Of a stretch of DNA of 39,019 nt, positions 13,800 through 23,945 are shown in pieces; position 1 is the stretch's first letter; each line of letters opens with the position of its first letter. The stretch is taken from the sequence record SRR22947727_2786; one strand, 5' to 3'. The notes beneath the pieces are model-generated. The model worked only from the letters and a program-made list of their open reading frames with translations. It was not told the DNA's origin and ran no database searches. Made by a program: the position numbers and the translations under genes.

Positions 13800-16694
13800 T
13801 TAGATTGAACCCAGCCCTTCACGCTTCCACGTATAGGTCATTCTCCGGATACCTTTATCAGACGTTATCAACTGGATCGTATACGTCCCAGTATCTGCAT
13901 TCCCTAATAAAGCTCCGTCCATCGACAGTTCTCCTGTGTCCTGCTGAAGTGTGACACCTTCAGGTAGAGTACCACCCACTAAGGTGTACTTACTGAAGTA
14001 GCTCCTATCAGCTAACGAAGTAGGATCTACTTGGAGTACATCATACCCGTCTGCCCACACATGGTTATAGTTAGAATCTGGAGATCCGTTAGTGTGAACG
14101 AAGTCACCGTAGTCGAACGTGCAGTAGTCGCCGTCAGTCTTACATATCCATGAATGGCTCCGGGATAGAACCTCATTACCTTGATTGGTTGTGATACGAA
14201 CAGCGAAGTTCCCCGTAGCGTTATGAGCTTCTGTATGGGCACCGATCTGGAGAACCTGCGTAGTCTGTCCTTTGTTGTACTCGTAGAATAGCTCCCAAAA
14301 GTCACGGTATCCAGTGAGGACACCTGAAGGTACTGCACCAGAGACAACAGTCATAGAACCACTGGAAACTCTGGCACGTTCCCCAGCCACGTCAATAGCA
14401 TAGAACCCAAAGTAATCTAGTCTGTCACTGTAGAGTGTCAGATCGTAGTTAGCATCTGCTGTGTAGTATTCAGGTTGCCTGTATCCATCTCTCCCACTCG
14501 GGTCTCCTGAAGCATACGGGAACGCTCCACATTCATGCCATTCTGCCCTACCAACAGGATACATAACTTGGCATTTATAACCTCGCCAATCATCGTAATA
14601 AGCACCAACTGAGTCATACACTTCGCAATCTCTTAGGTTGACATGGCCTCTCGTACTTACGAAGTCCTTGTTGATGTCGTTAGCAGCAGCAGGAAGTGTG
14701 ACGCTACCATCTGAGTCATTGTAGACTAGCCTAACATCAGCGGGTTGCTCCGGGACACCAGACCTACCGAAGTCGAGAGATGGAGTAGTCAGGTCATAAG
14801 GTGGAACACCACCAGAGACGATAGCATTCATCGTCATCTGATTATCACCAACCACCCAAATGTTAGCATTAGACACTTCAGGGCTAACGCCAGTAGGAGT
14901 TCCACTGTGGATAGGGTTGTCCCAGTACGCGAACAGGTTACCCTGAGTCTCCCACGAGTATACATCAGATGTGACCTTCACACCCTCTTCACCAATAGCC
15001 CAGAATTGTACTGTACCAGTTAGTCCAGCAGCAGTGTTGTACTGGACATCTTGATCGAGAGTGATCACACCCTGATCGAGGAAGTACCCATCAGGTAAAC
15101 CACCAGACTCTATCCCAAACTCATAGTATGGGTTGGCGGTATCATTAAAGTACCCATCATCTGGGACTGATACTGGACGGCGTATAACAGCTTTCGACAC
15201 CTTTGGTTTCAGTGATGAGAACCTTAGAATGTCTCGTTTAGTTCGGTCTGCTGTGGTATACGTTGTTACGTCAGCGTGATTGCCCGCAGGGAACGTGAAG
15301 TCGTATCCTGATATGACAGCAGGCTGACCCAGCCATCTGCCGTTAGGGGGCGATGTCTGCGATACCATGCCGTATTCAAGGTTGCTAAAGACCACCTCTA
15401 GCAGTCCGTATATCCCTGCAACTGTTCCAGTACCCGAAGGTGACCCCCACGAAAAGAAGTCCTTTGAGTTTAGATGGAACGATGCTTCAGAGAAGTACCA
15501 ATCTATCGGAGGCAGGTGTTCACCTATGAAGTTGAATGCAGCAAATGCTGACCAGTGAGGATTAGTGTATGTGTACTGCCAATTGTTTTTTGGGTACTGA
15601 CGTTGGCTTAATGGTGTGTACACTTCGGTGGTGGGGCGATCGTCGCCGACCCCTCTGTAGAACTCAGGGTATGAGGTACCCCATCTCAGGTCAGCATTAC
15701 CGTCAGTTTGCCCTTGAGGAAAGTAGGAGCCGTACTTATCCTCAAGACATCCTATTTGGTCAAGTCTAGTGTGCCAAGCCCACTCACCAGCGTACTGCGA
15801 TCGAGGCCATTCATGTGTGAACACAGCTACCCCATCAATGGTCAGAGTCTCTAACACCGTAAGGGCACCCGCTGTGTCATCAGAGGCTCTATCATATACG
15901 AGGTCGAGTTCCCAAAAGACCTCAGCATCTTGGTTGATAACCCAGCCACCATGCCAACCACCATGAGTTGTACCACCACCTAGGCCTCCGCCATGTATGA
16001 TAGTTTCACTACTGTAGAAGAAGGCCATTGTCTCACTACCTGTGTCGGTAGAGTCGTAAGTGACTACGAATTCCCTTCTAGCACCATAATCACCATTGAA
16101 TATACCGCTTTTGTTCTGCCTATTGGCAACAGAAGGGAAGTGCTTGGAGGCTGTCATACCCCACTTCATCGAAGGCGATCTAGGCGTGTACGTGTTATCA
16201 GCACTTAGGCTCCTAGCACCAAACCTGCACTCCTCTGTACCAGTGAGAAGTTTCGGAGCCGCATACACCTGAAAGTCCATGTAGACCCTACTAGGATAAG
16301 GGTTCTGGAACACTGTCTGTAAACCCTCGTCAACACTAGCGTTTACATACGAATAGTAGCCACTACCGAACTGATCGCTTCCAAGGGCTATGTCATCATT
16401 CGTACCACCCATGCTGATACACACTGTATCGTTAGAGGGTGCTGTTATAGCTCCGACAGAGTGGTCGTAATAGAACAGGGTGCCGGAAAAGTCATCATTC
16501 TTCCATCCAAACGTATGTGGGAGTCCTGATTGCTTTATCGGTGTGGGTGTAGTGCTACCGAGGTTGTTCGATTCATACCTCATTAACTCCTGTGCAAAAG
16601 CGTGCCCACTACCAACATCTTCAGCCAGAGCCTTATTGATGTTTATACCTCTGGGTTTGTGGACTCCTTCTGAGCCGTACTTAGAAATTGGCAT
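13800..16694 (-). CDS. tail tip / receptor-binding protein with Ig-like segments (964 aa)
   Basis: Last gene of tail module; G/S/T/Y/D-rich; Ig-like signatures GGLPDGYFLDQGVI and GTLPEGVTLQQDTGELS. Confidence 0.6.
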   Translation of the reverse strand: MPISKYGSEGVHKPRGININKALAEDVGSGHAFAQELMRYESNNLGSTTPTPIKQSGLPHTFGWKNDDFSGTLFYYDHSVGAITAPSNDTVCISMGGTNDDIALGSDQFGSGYYSYVNASVDEGLQTVFQNPYPSRVYMDFQVYAAPKLLTGTEECRFGARSLSADNTYTPRSPSMKWGMTASKHFPSVANRQNKSGIFNGDYGARREFVVTYDSTDTGSETMAFFYSSETIIHGGGLGGGTTHGGWHGGWVINQDAEVFWELDLVYDRASDDTAGALTVLETLTIDGVAVFTHEWPRSQYAGEWAWHTRLDQIGCLEDKYGSYFPQGQTDGNADLRWGTSYPEFYRGVGDDRPTTEVYTPLSQRQYPKNNWQYTYTNPHWSAFAAFNFIGEHLPPIDWYFSEASFHLNSKDFFSWGSPSGTGTVAGIYGLLEVVFSNLEYGMVSQTSPPNGRWLGQPAVISGYDFTFPAGNHADVTTYTTADRTKRDILRFSSLKPKVSKAVIRRPVSVPDDGYFNDTANPYYEFGIESGGLPDGYFLDQGVITLDQDVQYNTAAGLTGTVQFWAIGEEGVKVTSDVYSWETQGNLFAYWDNPIHSGTPTGVSPEVSNANIWVVGDNQMTMNAIVSGGVPPYDLTTPSLDFGRSGVPEQPADVRLVYNDSDGSVTLPAAANDINKDFVSTRGHVNLRDCEVYDSVGAYYDDWRGYKCQVMYPVGRAEWHECGAFPYASGDPSGRDGYRQPEYYTADANYDLTLYSDRLDYFGFYAIDVAGERARVSSGSMTVVSGAVPSGVLTGYRDFWELFYEYNKGQTTQVLQIGAHTEAHNATGNFAVRITTNQGNEVLSRSHSWICKTDGDYCTFDYGDFVHTNGSPDSNYNHVWADGYDVLQVDPTSLADRSYFSKYTLVGGTLPEGVTLQQDTGELSMDGALLGNADTGTYTIQLITSDKGIRRMTYTWKREGLGSI

Positions 16695-18286
16695 TAGTCC
16701 CCTACTCTTTCTACGTTAAACGTGAAGTCCCCCCACTCGGTTGCGTTGGAGGTACTTGATCCTGAATACGATGCTTCGATACCAAGAGTCACGCCACCAC
16801 TGTTTAGCATCGACTGCGTCACAGTGTAGCCTGTTTGTATCATGAAACCACCGTTAGCTGATGTGCCTGAGTTGAACAGTTGTGTCTGTAGCACTCCGCT
16901 ATGGTCGATGATGCGGATAGATGCGTCGAGTACGTGAGTGAATGTTGTCCACTGCACGGAGACGTTGTACACACCAGTACGAAGCACATCTACTACCGAA
17001 GGGTTTCCCAACGAGGATAGTCCATATCCATAGAACCTCGAATTACCCATATCGACTGTAGACCATTGCCCGTTGAGCATGGAACTATCGATGACCTGAT
17101 CGAATGAACTTCCCATCCACTTCTGTAGCAACGTGGTATGTGACATCCACGAGTTGTCGATGTTGATTGGCCTTGCGAATCCATCAGAACACTCAATAAC
17201 TACCATCCTCACATTCGACGGGATGAAACTACCCATGTCTGTTGACCAGTTGTGGACTACTCTCTTAGTGTTGCCGGTGATCGTCGGATCACTCGCTTCA
17301 TTCGATGCTTCGTAAATAGGTAGGTCTTGGGCAACACCTGCGATGAGTCCGCTAGAGCCAGTCTCAACCATGAAGCCAACACCCGCACCATCTGACCCAC
17401 CATCACCGGCTGCTGCAAGTGCTACGAACCTGTTATACTCTACTGAGTAGGAGACTGTGAGATCACCTGCGGCTACAATAGCATCAGTAGTGTTATAGAC
17501 TGTGATACCATACGCCAACTCATCCTTCTGCACTTCCATATCACCTACAAGAGCCGTAGAGTTAGCTACGCCATAATAGGTAAAGGCTAACCCGCTCTTC
17601 ATAGTTATCACCTCAGAGGCTTCCGTAGAAGCTGCTATGGTGCTGTCTATCTTAGCGAGGAAGTTAGTAGGTCTCTGGTTCATGTCTACAGCCACATAGA
17701 CTGTATCTGTCTCTTCAGCCTTGGATAAGACTGAAGGATCATACCAGCTAAGTAGCTTGAAGTGTCCTACTGGAGCTATTAGCTTGCTATCAGGGCTTAG
17801 GGTGTTATCTGGCACTACGTAGTACGAGGAGTCAAAGTTGCCCTCACGCTCCGCGACCTCCTTATTGAAGTATAGCTCACCAGCTTCCATAGCTACCAAA
17901 GCAATACCAGACACAACGATCCTACCGCCACCTTCGACAGTACAGCCTTCGCCAAGTGTGAAGCCGTAGTTGCCGTGACGTTCGCCATCAGTAGCGTCTA
18001 CAGGCTCCACGATGTACGAAGGCATCGAGATCATCGGATCATTGAAGTTTACTTGCTTTACTATCCTTACGGGATGGTAGGGGTCTACAGACTCCATGTT
18101 GTCAGCGAGTACAGCATTGGCTATGACAGAGTTCTGTAGTAGTGGAGGTAACGGGCTGCTGCCTGTATTGCCTGCATAGAAGTCTTTGTGCATCTGCACG
18201 AAGCCATTCCATTGGCCTGCTGAGATACCACGTCTACTCCCAGCAGAAGCCTTCTGGTAGCTCATACCTTTGTTTGTCTTAGCCAT
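16694..18286 (-). CDS. minor tail protein (530 aa)
   Basis: Second gene after tape measure; N-terminal ISAGQWNGF; beta-rich C-terminus. Confidence 0.6.
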   Translation of the reverse strand: MAKTNKGMSYQKASAGSRRGISAGQWNGFVQMHKDFYAGNTGSSPLPPLLQNSVIANAVLADNMESVDPYHPVRIVKQVNFNDPMISMPSYIVEPVDATDGERHGNYGFTLGEGCTVEGGGRIVVSGIALVAMEAGELYFNKEVAEREGNFDSSYYVVPDNTLSPDSKLIAPVGHFKLLSWYDPSVLSKAEETDTVYVAVDMNQRPTNFLAKIDSTIAASTEASEVITMKSGLAFTYYGVANSTALVGDMEVQKDELAYGITVYNTTDAIVAAGDLTVSYSVEYNRFVALAAAGDGGSDGAGVGFMVETGSSGLIAGVAQDLPIYEASNEASDPTITGNTKRVVHNWSTDMGSFIPSNVRMVVIECSDGFARPINIDNSWMSHTTLLQKWMGSSFDQVIDSSMLNGQWSTVDMGNSRFYGYGLSSLGNPSVVDVLRTGVYNVSVQWTTFTHVLDASIRIIDHSGVLQTQLFNSGTSANGGFMIQTGYTVTQSMLNSGGVTLGIEASYSGSSTSNATEWGDFTFNVERVGD

Positions 18287-18291
18287 ATCTT

Positions 18292-19239
18292 TTATACCCC
18301 GTTGAGACCTAGTAAATCGAAGTCGGATTGTGGATAGACGTTATGGAGGGTAACGCCGGTCACCGTTCTAAACGTCTTAGTCTCACCATTCTGATTGGTG
18401 TTGACTAGTTGATTATAGTTAACATCTACATGAACCCAGCCAGCATGAGCAGGAATGTCCATAGTGTCTGGTGATGAAGATCCTTGCTTCCAGTAGCTAA
18501 ACTTAGATTTAGGGTTGCGAGGTCTGTACTCGAAGTTGTGGGTTACATCCCAGTGACCGTCAGCCCTTTCGTCGGCTTGTATACCTGTTAGCATTACGCA
18601 TCTAGCAGATAAACCGTTCCATTTAGCATCGTTAGTAGTCCATACCTGATCGAAGCGATCATCCCACCAGCTTATAGTAGCCACGTTACGTGATACTACA
18701 GTCTTAGCTGTGATCGTTATGATAGGGCTGTTGACCTCGATACCTTCTGGAGGTAGCTCAGGGTGTTGCTGATTGATAGTGTCAGAGAGGACATCATCGA
18801 AACCGCCTGAAGGAAAGAACTGTGTACTGCCTACAGCAACTACAGATCCGTGAATATCAGTCTGAGGCACTGAGTTCTGTATGACTCTCGATATAGACGA
18901 GAAGTTGAACGACAGGCTAGATAGGTCTTCAGGCTCTTTAGGGTCAGTAGCCGTACTACCCCCACCACCACCACCGGAAGCAATGTCGGGAGTCTTCCAA
19001 GTTACAGTAGCTTCATACAGTGTACGCTCTGGATCAGAGAACACTGGCGATACTGAGTATTCAGGTAGTACACATAGATAGGTGCCTACTACTACATCTG
19101 AGGGGATGTAGTTAGCTAGTGCTGAGAGAGCGTCCTGAGTGTCTGGGTAGTCTATGAGATGGTACATACGGCTTGTAGATGCACTCTCGCTATTCAAGTT
19201 CATTACTCTCGAATCTTGTTTCTCTTCGATATATGCCAT
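18292..19239 (-). CDS. minor tail protein (distal tail/hub-like, 315 aa)
   Basis: Immediately downstream of tape measure; beta-rich. Confidence 0.6.
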   Translation of the reverse strand: MAYIEEKQDSRVMNLNSESASTSRMYHLIDYPDTQDALSALANYIPSDVVVGTYLCVLPEYSVSPVFSDPERTLYEATVTWKTPDIASGGGGGGSTATDPKEPEDLSSLSFNFSSISRVIQNSVPQTDIHGSVVAVGSTQFFPSGGFDDVLSDTINQQHPELPPEGIEVNSPIITITAKTVVSRNVATISWWDDRFDQVWTTNDAKWNGLSARCVMLTGIQADERADGHWDVTHNFEYRPRNPKSKFSYWKQGSSSPDTMDIPAHAGWVHVDVNYNQLVNTNQNGETKTFRTVTGVTLHNVYPQSDFDLLGLNGV

Positions 19240-19240
19240 T

Positions 19241-21448
19241 TTACTGCTCCCAGATAATTTGCCCAGTTGATTTAGTTAGTGTTCCGCTGATCTTCTTCAG
19301 TACCGAAAGCTGATCCTTCGCGACTGAAAGTGTGTCTCGGCTAAATTTAGCTGAAGCACCTGCTACAGATGAAGCACCTACAGCACCGAAAGAGAACTCC
19401 TTAGACTTTTCAACCTTCTTGAATAGCTTCTTCTGCTCTCTCTCGTAGGCTTCTTGAGCTTTCTTAGCATCCTTCTTGGCTTTAGCTGCCTTCTCCTCCG
19501 CTGCTTTGATAGCTGCTGAGTTATCGAAAGCCTTAGCACCTTTGTCAACTCGCTGATTAGCGTCATCAATAGCCTTCTTATTCTGCTCATGTAACTTCTT
19601 TTGCCTTAGATACTCCTCAGTAAAGGCTGCCTTCTGTCGTAGCCTATTCTTACGATCCTCTACAGTAGACGAACCGTTTACCCAGTCCTTGAACTCTTTC
19701 TCTCTCTTCCTACGCTCGGCTAGGCCACGCATGTGTTCGTCGTAGTGTAGCTTAGTCGCACCTTCTTCAGCGTCTCCGAAGACTTCAGCGGAGGCGATAG
19801 ATAATTGACCGATAGCTAATTGACCAGCACCAGCTATGTCTTTAAGGCCGGTGTCAAACCACGCCCAACCTTTAGCTATGAAGGCAAAGTGATCTTTCCA
19901 TGCAGAGTCCATCTCCTCAATAGCACTGAGCGCGGCTAGTGTCATGGTATCCATCGTTAGTTCCCAAGCAGCCTCGAACTCACCTAGTTCTAATGCTGCT
20001 ACGATACCTTTAGATCCCACTGAGACACCATCTAGGAACGCATCGAAAGCATCCTTAGCCACACCGAAAGCCGCACCTAGTAACTCTGCTTGGACTACTA
20101 TACCTGCTACAAGAGCGAGTACAGCAGCGATAGGCATCGCAACTATAGCTCCGCCCAGTGTCACGATACCGCCGAGGATAGCCCCTATCCCAGAGACTAT
20201 AGAAGCTAAGCCAGCGAAGGCTGAGCCTAGTACAGTCGTTATACCTGCGAAGGTTAATAGAGCTACGGCACTACCAGCTAAGGCTGTGAAGATGCCAAGT
20301 ATGATCGGGCCAAGTTCTTTCATGGTCGCTAGGACAGGAGCCAGCCTGTTCAGCCAGTCCGCTATTACCTTAGACACACTCTCTACAGTTGGTAGTATCA
20401 GGTTACCTAGTACGATAGCTATACCATCTATAGCAGATACGAAGCGTTTCAATGCTCCGCCAATACCGCCGTCCATGATACCTGCGACCTCTTTAGTGTA
20501 GCCTTCGATGTTCATCATATCGGTAGCCATCTTCTTTAGCTTGTCTACCTCTCGGACACCGATGATAGCACCCTTAACGCCGAGTCTCTGGAATATCTCC
20601 TGCATCTCTCGCATCTTATCGAGGTCACCGATACCAGCAGCGTCCATCTTCTGGCCTAGTTCTGTGAATATCGCAGGTAGTGAACGCATAGACCCATCCA
20701 AGGCTTCTATGTTGATCTTATACTTATCGAGAACTTCCGAACCTTCCGCTAGTGTCCTGAAGATAGCATTGTATGATGTACCAGCTTTCGATCCTGTGAT
20801 ACCTACGTTTCCTAGTAGGGCGAAACCTGCAACAACATCATCGAACGACTGTCCATACTGAGCAGCCATACCGCCAGCATACTCCATAGACTCACCTAGC
20901 TCGGTTACAGTTAGCTGGGCTTGGTTGACCGCGTAGGTCATTGAGTCAGTAACCTTAGTTACGTTCTCCAGCGTATGATCCATACCGAACTGATTAAGTC
21001 CTCTAGTAGCGAGTGCCGCTGCTTCTGCTGCACTTATTCCTGTGGCTGTCGCGAAGTCTAGCATCTGTGAAGTCATAGCCTTAATGCCACTCTGAGAGAT
21101 ACCAGCTTTAGCTAGTTCAGCCATCATAGCCGAAACTTGGCCTGTAGTGTATCGAGTCTCTCGACCTAGCTTCTCGGCTTCTTCTCTAAGCATTTTGAGG
21201 CCATCAGGAGTTATATCGTTAACTCTAGCCTGTACCTCTCGCATATTGTTATCGAGAGTAACAGCACTCTTAGATGCTTTAAAAAGCCCAGTACCTAATG
21301 CGATAGCGGCTGCACCCATAGCCATACCTGCTCGACGTGAACGGACAGCCATACGATCTAACTTAGCTGACACTTTACGGAGTGCTGGGGACATCTTGTC
21401 TGTTAGAGATAGTATGACATTAGCTCTTGTGGATGGATTCATCGACAT
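19241..21448 (-). CDS. tail tape measure protein (TP901-like core)
   Basis: Ala/Gly-rich helical; LGRETRYTTGQVSAMMAELAKAG, LGNVGITGSKAGT; hydrophobic central region. Confidence 0.92.
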   Translation of the reverse strand: MSMNPSTRANVILSLTDKMSPALRKVSAKLDRMAVRSRRAGMAMGAAAIALGTGLFKASKSAVTLDNNMREVQARVNDITPDGLKMLREEAEKLGRETRYTTGQVSAMMAELAKAGISQSGIKAMTSQMLDFATATGISAAEAAALATRGLNQFGMDHTLENVTKVTDSMTYAVNQAQLTVTELGESMEYAGGMAAQYGQSFDDVVAGFALLGNVGITGSKAGTSYNAIFRTLAEGSEVLDKYKINIEALDGSMRSLPAIFTELGQKMDAAGIGDLDKMREMQEIFQRLGVKGAIIGVREVDKLKKMATDMMNIEGYTKEVAGIMDGGIGGALKRFVSAIDGIAIVLGNLILPTVESVSKVIADWLNRLAPVLATMKELGPIILGIFTALAGSAVALLTFAGITTVLGSAFAGLASIVSGIGAILGGIVTLGGAIVAMPIAAVLALVAGIVVQAELLGAAFGVAKDAFDAFLDGVSVGSKGIVAALELGEFEAAWELTMDTMTLAALSAIEEMDSAWKDHFAFIAKGWAWFDTGLKDIAGAGQLAIGQLSIASAEVFGDAEEGATKLHYDEHMRGLAERRKREKEFKDWVNGSSTVEDRKNRLRQKAAFTEEYLRQKKLHEQNKKAIDDANQRVDKGAKAFDNSAAIKAAEEKAAKAKKDAKKAQEAYEREQKKLFKKVEKSKEFSFGAVGASSVAGASAKFSRDTLSVAKDQLSVLKKISGTLTKSTGQIIWEQ

Positions 21449-21452
21449 TGGG

Positions 21453-22040
21453 TTATCCCTTTGTATTTAGGTTAGCGAATAGATGCGTAAATCTCTTGGT
21501 AGTCTTCCTAGCTGGATCAGATAGGAAGTCACGTTTGCGGTAATGGCATTGCTTGAACGCCATAGGCCATTTGATAGTGCCGTCGAGGGCTGGGGCGATC
21601 ATGTGGCCCGGTATCTGGTCAATGTGTAGTGGTAGCTTTACTTGACCAGTTCCACCTTTAGCGTGCATGATGTCACCATCGAACTTAGTCTTAGCTCCAT
21701 AACTAACAGACATATCAGGGCCAATTCTAAACTGGAACCTTTTCACCTGCTTAAAGGTGACATACTGTAGACCAGCCTTACCCGTAGAACGTCTTCGAGG
21801 TGCTTTAGGTGGAGTCGATGGGGGATGGGATGCCCAGTTGTAGCCTTTGTATCCCTGCTTAGCTTTACGCTTTCTAGGGAAGCCACGCCTCATATCGGTA
21901 CGACAGAAGCCAGCAGCTTTGAACATACGCCTTTCAGACTCTCTAAGGATCTTCTCGCTGCTGTTCCTCAACCAAGTCGAGAAGGCTTGATCGCCAGTGT
22001 AGCTACCCACTCGCAACTTAATATTGAACATGCTAGGCAT
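21453..22040 (-). CDS. putative tail completion/neck protein (HK97 gp10-like)
   Basis: Basic protein in tail operon; SHPPSTPPKAP..STG and RKRDFL motifs. Confidence 0.5.
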   Translation of the reverse strand: MPSMFNIKLRVGSYTGDQAFSTWLRNSSEKILRESERRMFKAAGFCRTDMRRGFPRKRKAKQGYKGYNWASHPPSTPPKAPRRRSTGKAGLQYVTFKQVKRFQFRIGPDMSVSYGAKTKFDGDIMHAKGGTGQVKLPLHIDQIPGHMIAPALDGTIKWPMAFKQCHYRKRDFLSDPARKTTKRFTHLFANLNTKG

Positions 22041-22050
22041 CGACTATCTC

Positions 22051-22260
22051 CTAAAAGTGGCCTTTGAGTGACCTTAGCTTCTCTGTAGTTAAGTCAGACT
22101 TATTGTCCTGATAGAACTTGTGGAACTGATTAACTGTTATGTTCTTGGCACCCTGCATCGACGAAGATATAGCGAGGTCGTAGGCTAATCTATCCCATCG
22201 CTCCTTCTCACATCCTTCACGCATCAAAACAAGCTGATGGAAGGCCAGAGGGTGTGGCAT
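22051..22260 (-). CDS. tail assembly chaperone C-terminal extension (gpT-like), probably made by -1 frameshift
   Basis: Frame is open upstream to the slippery site at 22470-22476; no clear RBS at its own ATG. Confidence 0.7.
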   Translation of the reverse strand: MPHPLAFHQLVLMREGCEKERWDRLAYDLAISSSMQGAKNITVNQFHKFYQDNKSDLTTEKLRSLKGHF

Positions 22261-22304
22261 AATGCCTAATACACCCGCTGACTCCCAGATGAAGTTATAA
22301 ACCT

Positions 22305-22781
22305 CTACTGATTGTTTTTGTCCTTCAGCTTTGCTAAGTTTGCGTCTATCGTCGGAATCAGATTCTTCCGAATCTCCTTCTCTTCCTGCTCCAGCATCAG
22401 TATCGCTCTCTCCATGCCCACTTCCACCGAGTCCACTATCAGTCGTAGTGCCTTCCGCTTGTGGGCGGGTAAAAAAAGCACGATACCTTCGATAAGTGCA
22501 TTGGTAGCTGATGCGATTACTCCGCCATCAAAACCTTCATACATCTGGTCTAGGGTTAGTTCGCGTGACTGCCTCTCTGATTCGAGAAGGATGTCGATCA
22601 TACTTAGCAGGATTTCAATGTTCTCATGTGAAGCCAACTTAGTCATCCAGTTACCTTCTACTTCGAACGATTCTGTGATGTCAATGCCTAGCTTACTTTT
22701 GATGGCTAGGTAATGGCCGATGTTGATATTGATAGTCCAGATAAGACCTTTTGAGTCTTTGAATTGTGTAGCTTCCATCAT
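22305..22781 (-). CDS. tail assembly chaperone (gpG-like, 158 aa)
   Basis: Between tail tube and tape measure; FKDSKGLIWTININIG; ATG 22781 behind AAGGGG. Confidence 0.75.
   Translation of the reverse strand: MMEATQFKDSKGLIWTININIGHYLAIKSKLGIDITESFEVEGNWMTKLASHENIEILLSMIDILLESERQSRELTLDQMYEGFDGGVIASATNALIEGIVLFLPAHKRKALRLIVDSVEVGMERAILMLEQEEKEIRKNLIPTIDANLAKLKDKNNQ
22470..22476 (-). promoter_or_regulatory. -1 ribosomal frameshift heptamer T TTT TTA
   Basis: In-frame CTT TTT TTA; the -1 frame has no stop until 22051. Confidence 0.8.
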
Positions 22782-22797
22782 AACGCCCCTTATGAAT

Positions 22798-22989
22798 TTA
22801 TAGTTCCATGTTAAGATCGTCTTCGATCTCAATCATTGTTTCTTCTTGAATTGGTTTAGGTTGGATCAACTCTCTGATCTCGCCTACTGTACATACTCGA
22901 TCTACGCCGAGTTCTTCAGCTACGTCCTGCCGAAGTGTGATACTTGAGTGATCACTTAGGTCTAACATCCACATTAGTTCTTGCATCAT
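22798..22989 (-). CDS. small acidic hypothetical protein
   Basis: GGAG RBS; fills gap in tail operon. Confidence 0.55.
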   Translation of the reverse strand: MMQELMWMLDLSDHSSITLRQDVAEELGVDRVCTVGEIRELIQPKPIQEETMIEIEDDLNMEL

Positions 22990-23004
22990 ATTACTCCGAG
23001 TGAA

Positions 23005-23033
23005 GAAAAGGGGGCTACGAAGTGTAACCCCCT
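23005..23033 (-). terminator. intrinsic terminator after tail tube genes
   Basis: AGGGGGTTAC-ACTTC-GTAGCCCCCT followed by TTTC on - strand. Confidence 0.8.
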
Positions 23034-23046
23034 AGAATCATCTTAA

Positions 23047-23490
23047 TTAACCCCAAACAGGCTCACCACCGGCTCCTGTTCCAGTTTGACGAACTGGGCA
23101 GAAAGTTACGCTGATGGTCATTCCATCAGTGAGAGGCTGAGATAAGTCTGAAGAGAAACACTGGCCGGTGAAGTAGATACCTTCACTTCCGGTGCTATGT
23201 AAAACAGCGATAGTCATTACATCGCGATCAATGCACTTCTCGATGAAGGCTTTAGAATCGGCGTTGTAAGTAAGAGTAGCTGATACTTCGACTTCAATCA
23301 TCGAAGGACAGTATCGCTTAAATTGGCTGCGACGATCAGTAACTTCAGTCTTATCGACAGAGATAGTTACGTTAACGTCACGAGCAGTGTCGATAGCGGC
23401 AAGGCCAGCGACAGCGGATGGGTCAGTACCGACAGTAGCCGACCATTGTAGGAGGCCATTAAAGCCAACTTGTGCAGTTTCTAAAGGCAT
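23047..23490 (-). CDS. major tail tube protein, paralog 2
   Basis: 147 aa; ARDVNVTIS, SATLTY, QPLTDGMTISVTF; position in tail operon. Confidence 0.75.
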   Translation of the reverse strand: MPLETAQVGFNGLLQWSATVGTDPSAVAGLAAIDTARDVNVTISVDKTEVTDRRSQFKRYCPSMIEVEVSATLTYNADSKAFIEKCIDRDVMTIAVLHSTGSEGIYFTGQCFSSDLSQPLTDGMTISVTFCPVRQTGTGAGGEPVWG

Positions 23491-23501
23491 TTAAAAGTCT
23501 C

Positions 23502-23942
23502 CTATGCTAGTGTTGACCATGCGGGAACTGATCCTTCAGACGCAGGTGCGAATGTAACAGAGTATGTCTGTCCATCAGCAAGAGGCTGAGCGATGTCGTT
23601 CGAGAATACGTATGCGTCGAAGGCAATTCCTTCTGCGGAAGCAGAAAGTGAGCCATCAAAGACACCGACTACAAGTCGGGTTCGACCAATACAAGCAGTA
23701 CGAATAGTAGACTGAGTAGCGTCATTGCTATCGTAGGTAAGTGTGGCTGAGATTTCGCAATCTAGTCCACCAGCTACGTATGCTTTGAACGCACTAGTTC
23801 TATCTGAAACGTCTGATTTGTCCGAGCTAATCGTGACATTGATGTCGCGAGCAGAAGGGACTTCTGTGTATGTGGCTACTAAAGCAAGGTCAGCATCTTG
23901 GCCACCTATACCTAAGCTACCATCAAAACCAGTACATGACAT
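23502..23942 (-). CDS. major tail tube protein, paralog 1
   Basis: 146 aa; ARDINVTIS, SATLTY, QPLADGQTYSVTF; follows tail terminator. Confidence 0.75.
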   Translation of the reverse strand: MSCTGFDGSLGIGGQDADLALVATYTEVPSARDINVTISSDKSDVSDRTSAFKAYVAGGLDCEISATLTYDSNDATQSTIRTACIGRTRLVVGVFDGSLSASAEGIAFDAYVFSNDIAQPLADGQTYSVTFAPASEGSVPAWSTLA

Positions 23943-23945
23943 AGT

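Noticed and set aside
13800-18286. Diversity-generating retroelement or invertible tail-fibre cassette
   Set aside because: No reverse transcriptase or recombinase, and no template/variable repeat pair noticed
19944-21470. Long + strand ORFs antisense to the tape measure gene (and similar shadows over pol, portal and capsid)
   Set aside because: Expected antisense shadows of biased codon usage; no RBS or motifs
22798-22989. Acyl-carrier-protein resemblance (EELGVD...TVGEI)
   Set aside because: Lacks the DSL serine and the spacing is too short
23491-23504. Stop-codon readthrough fusing the two tail tube paralogs
   Set aside because: The 11-nt gap puts them in different frames, and the second has its own AGGAG RBS
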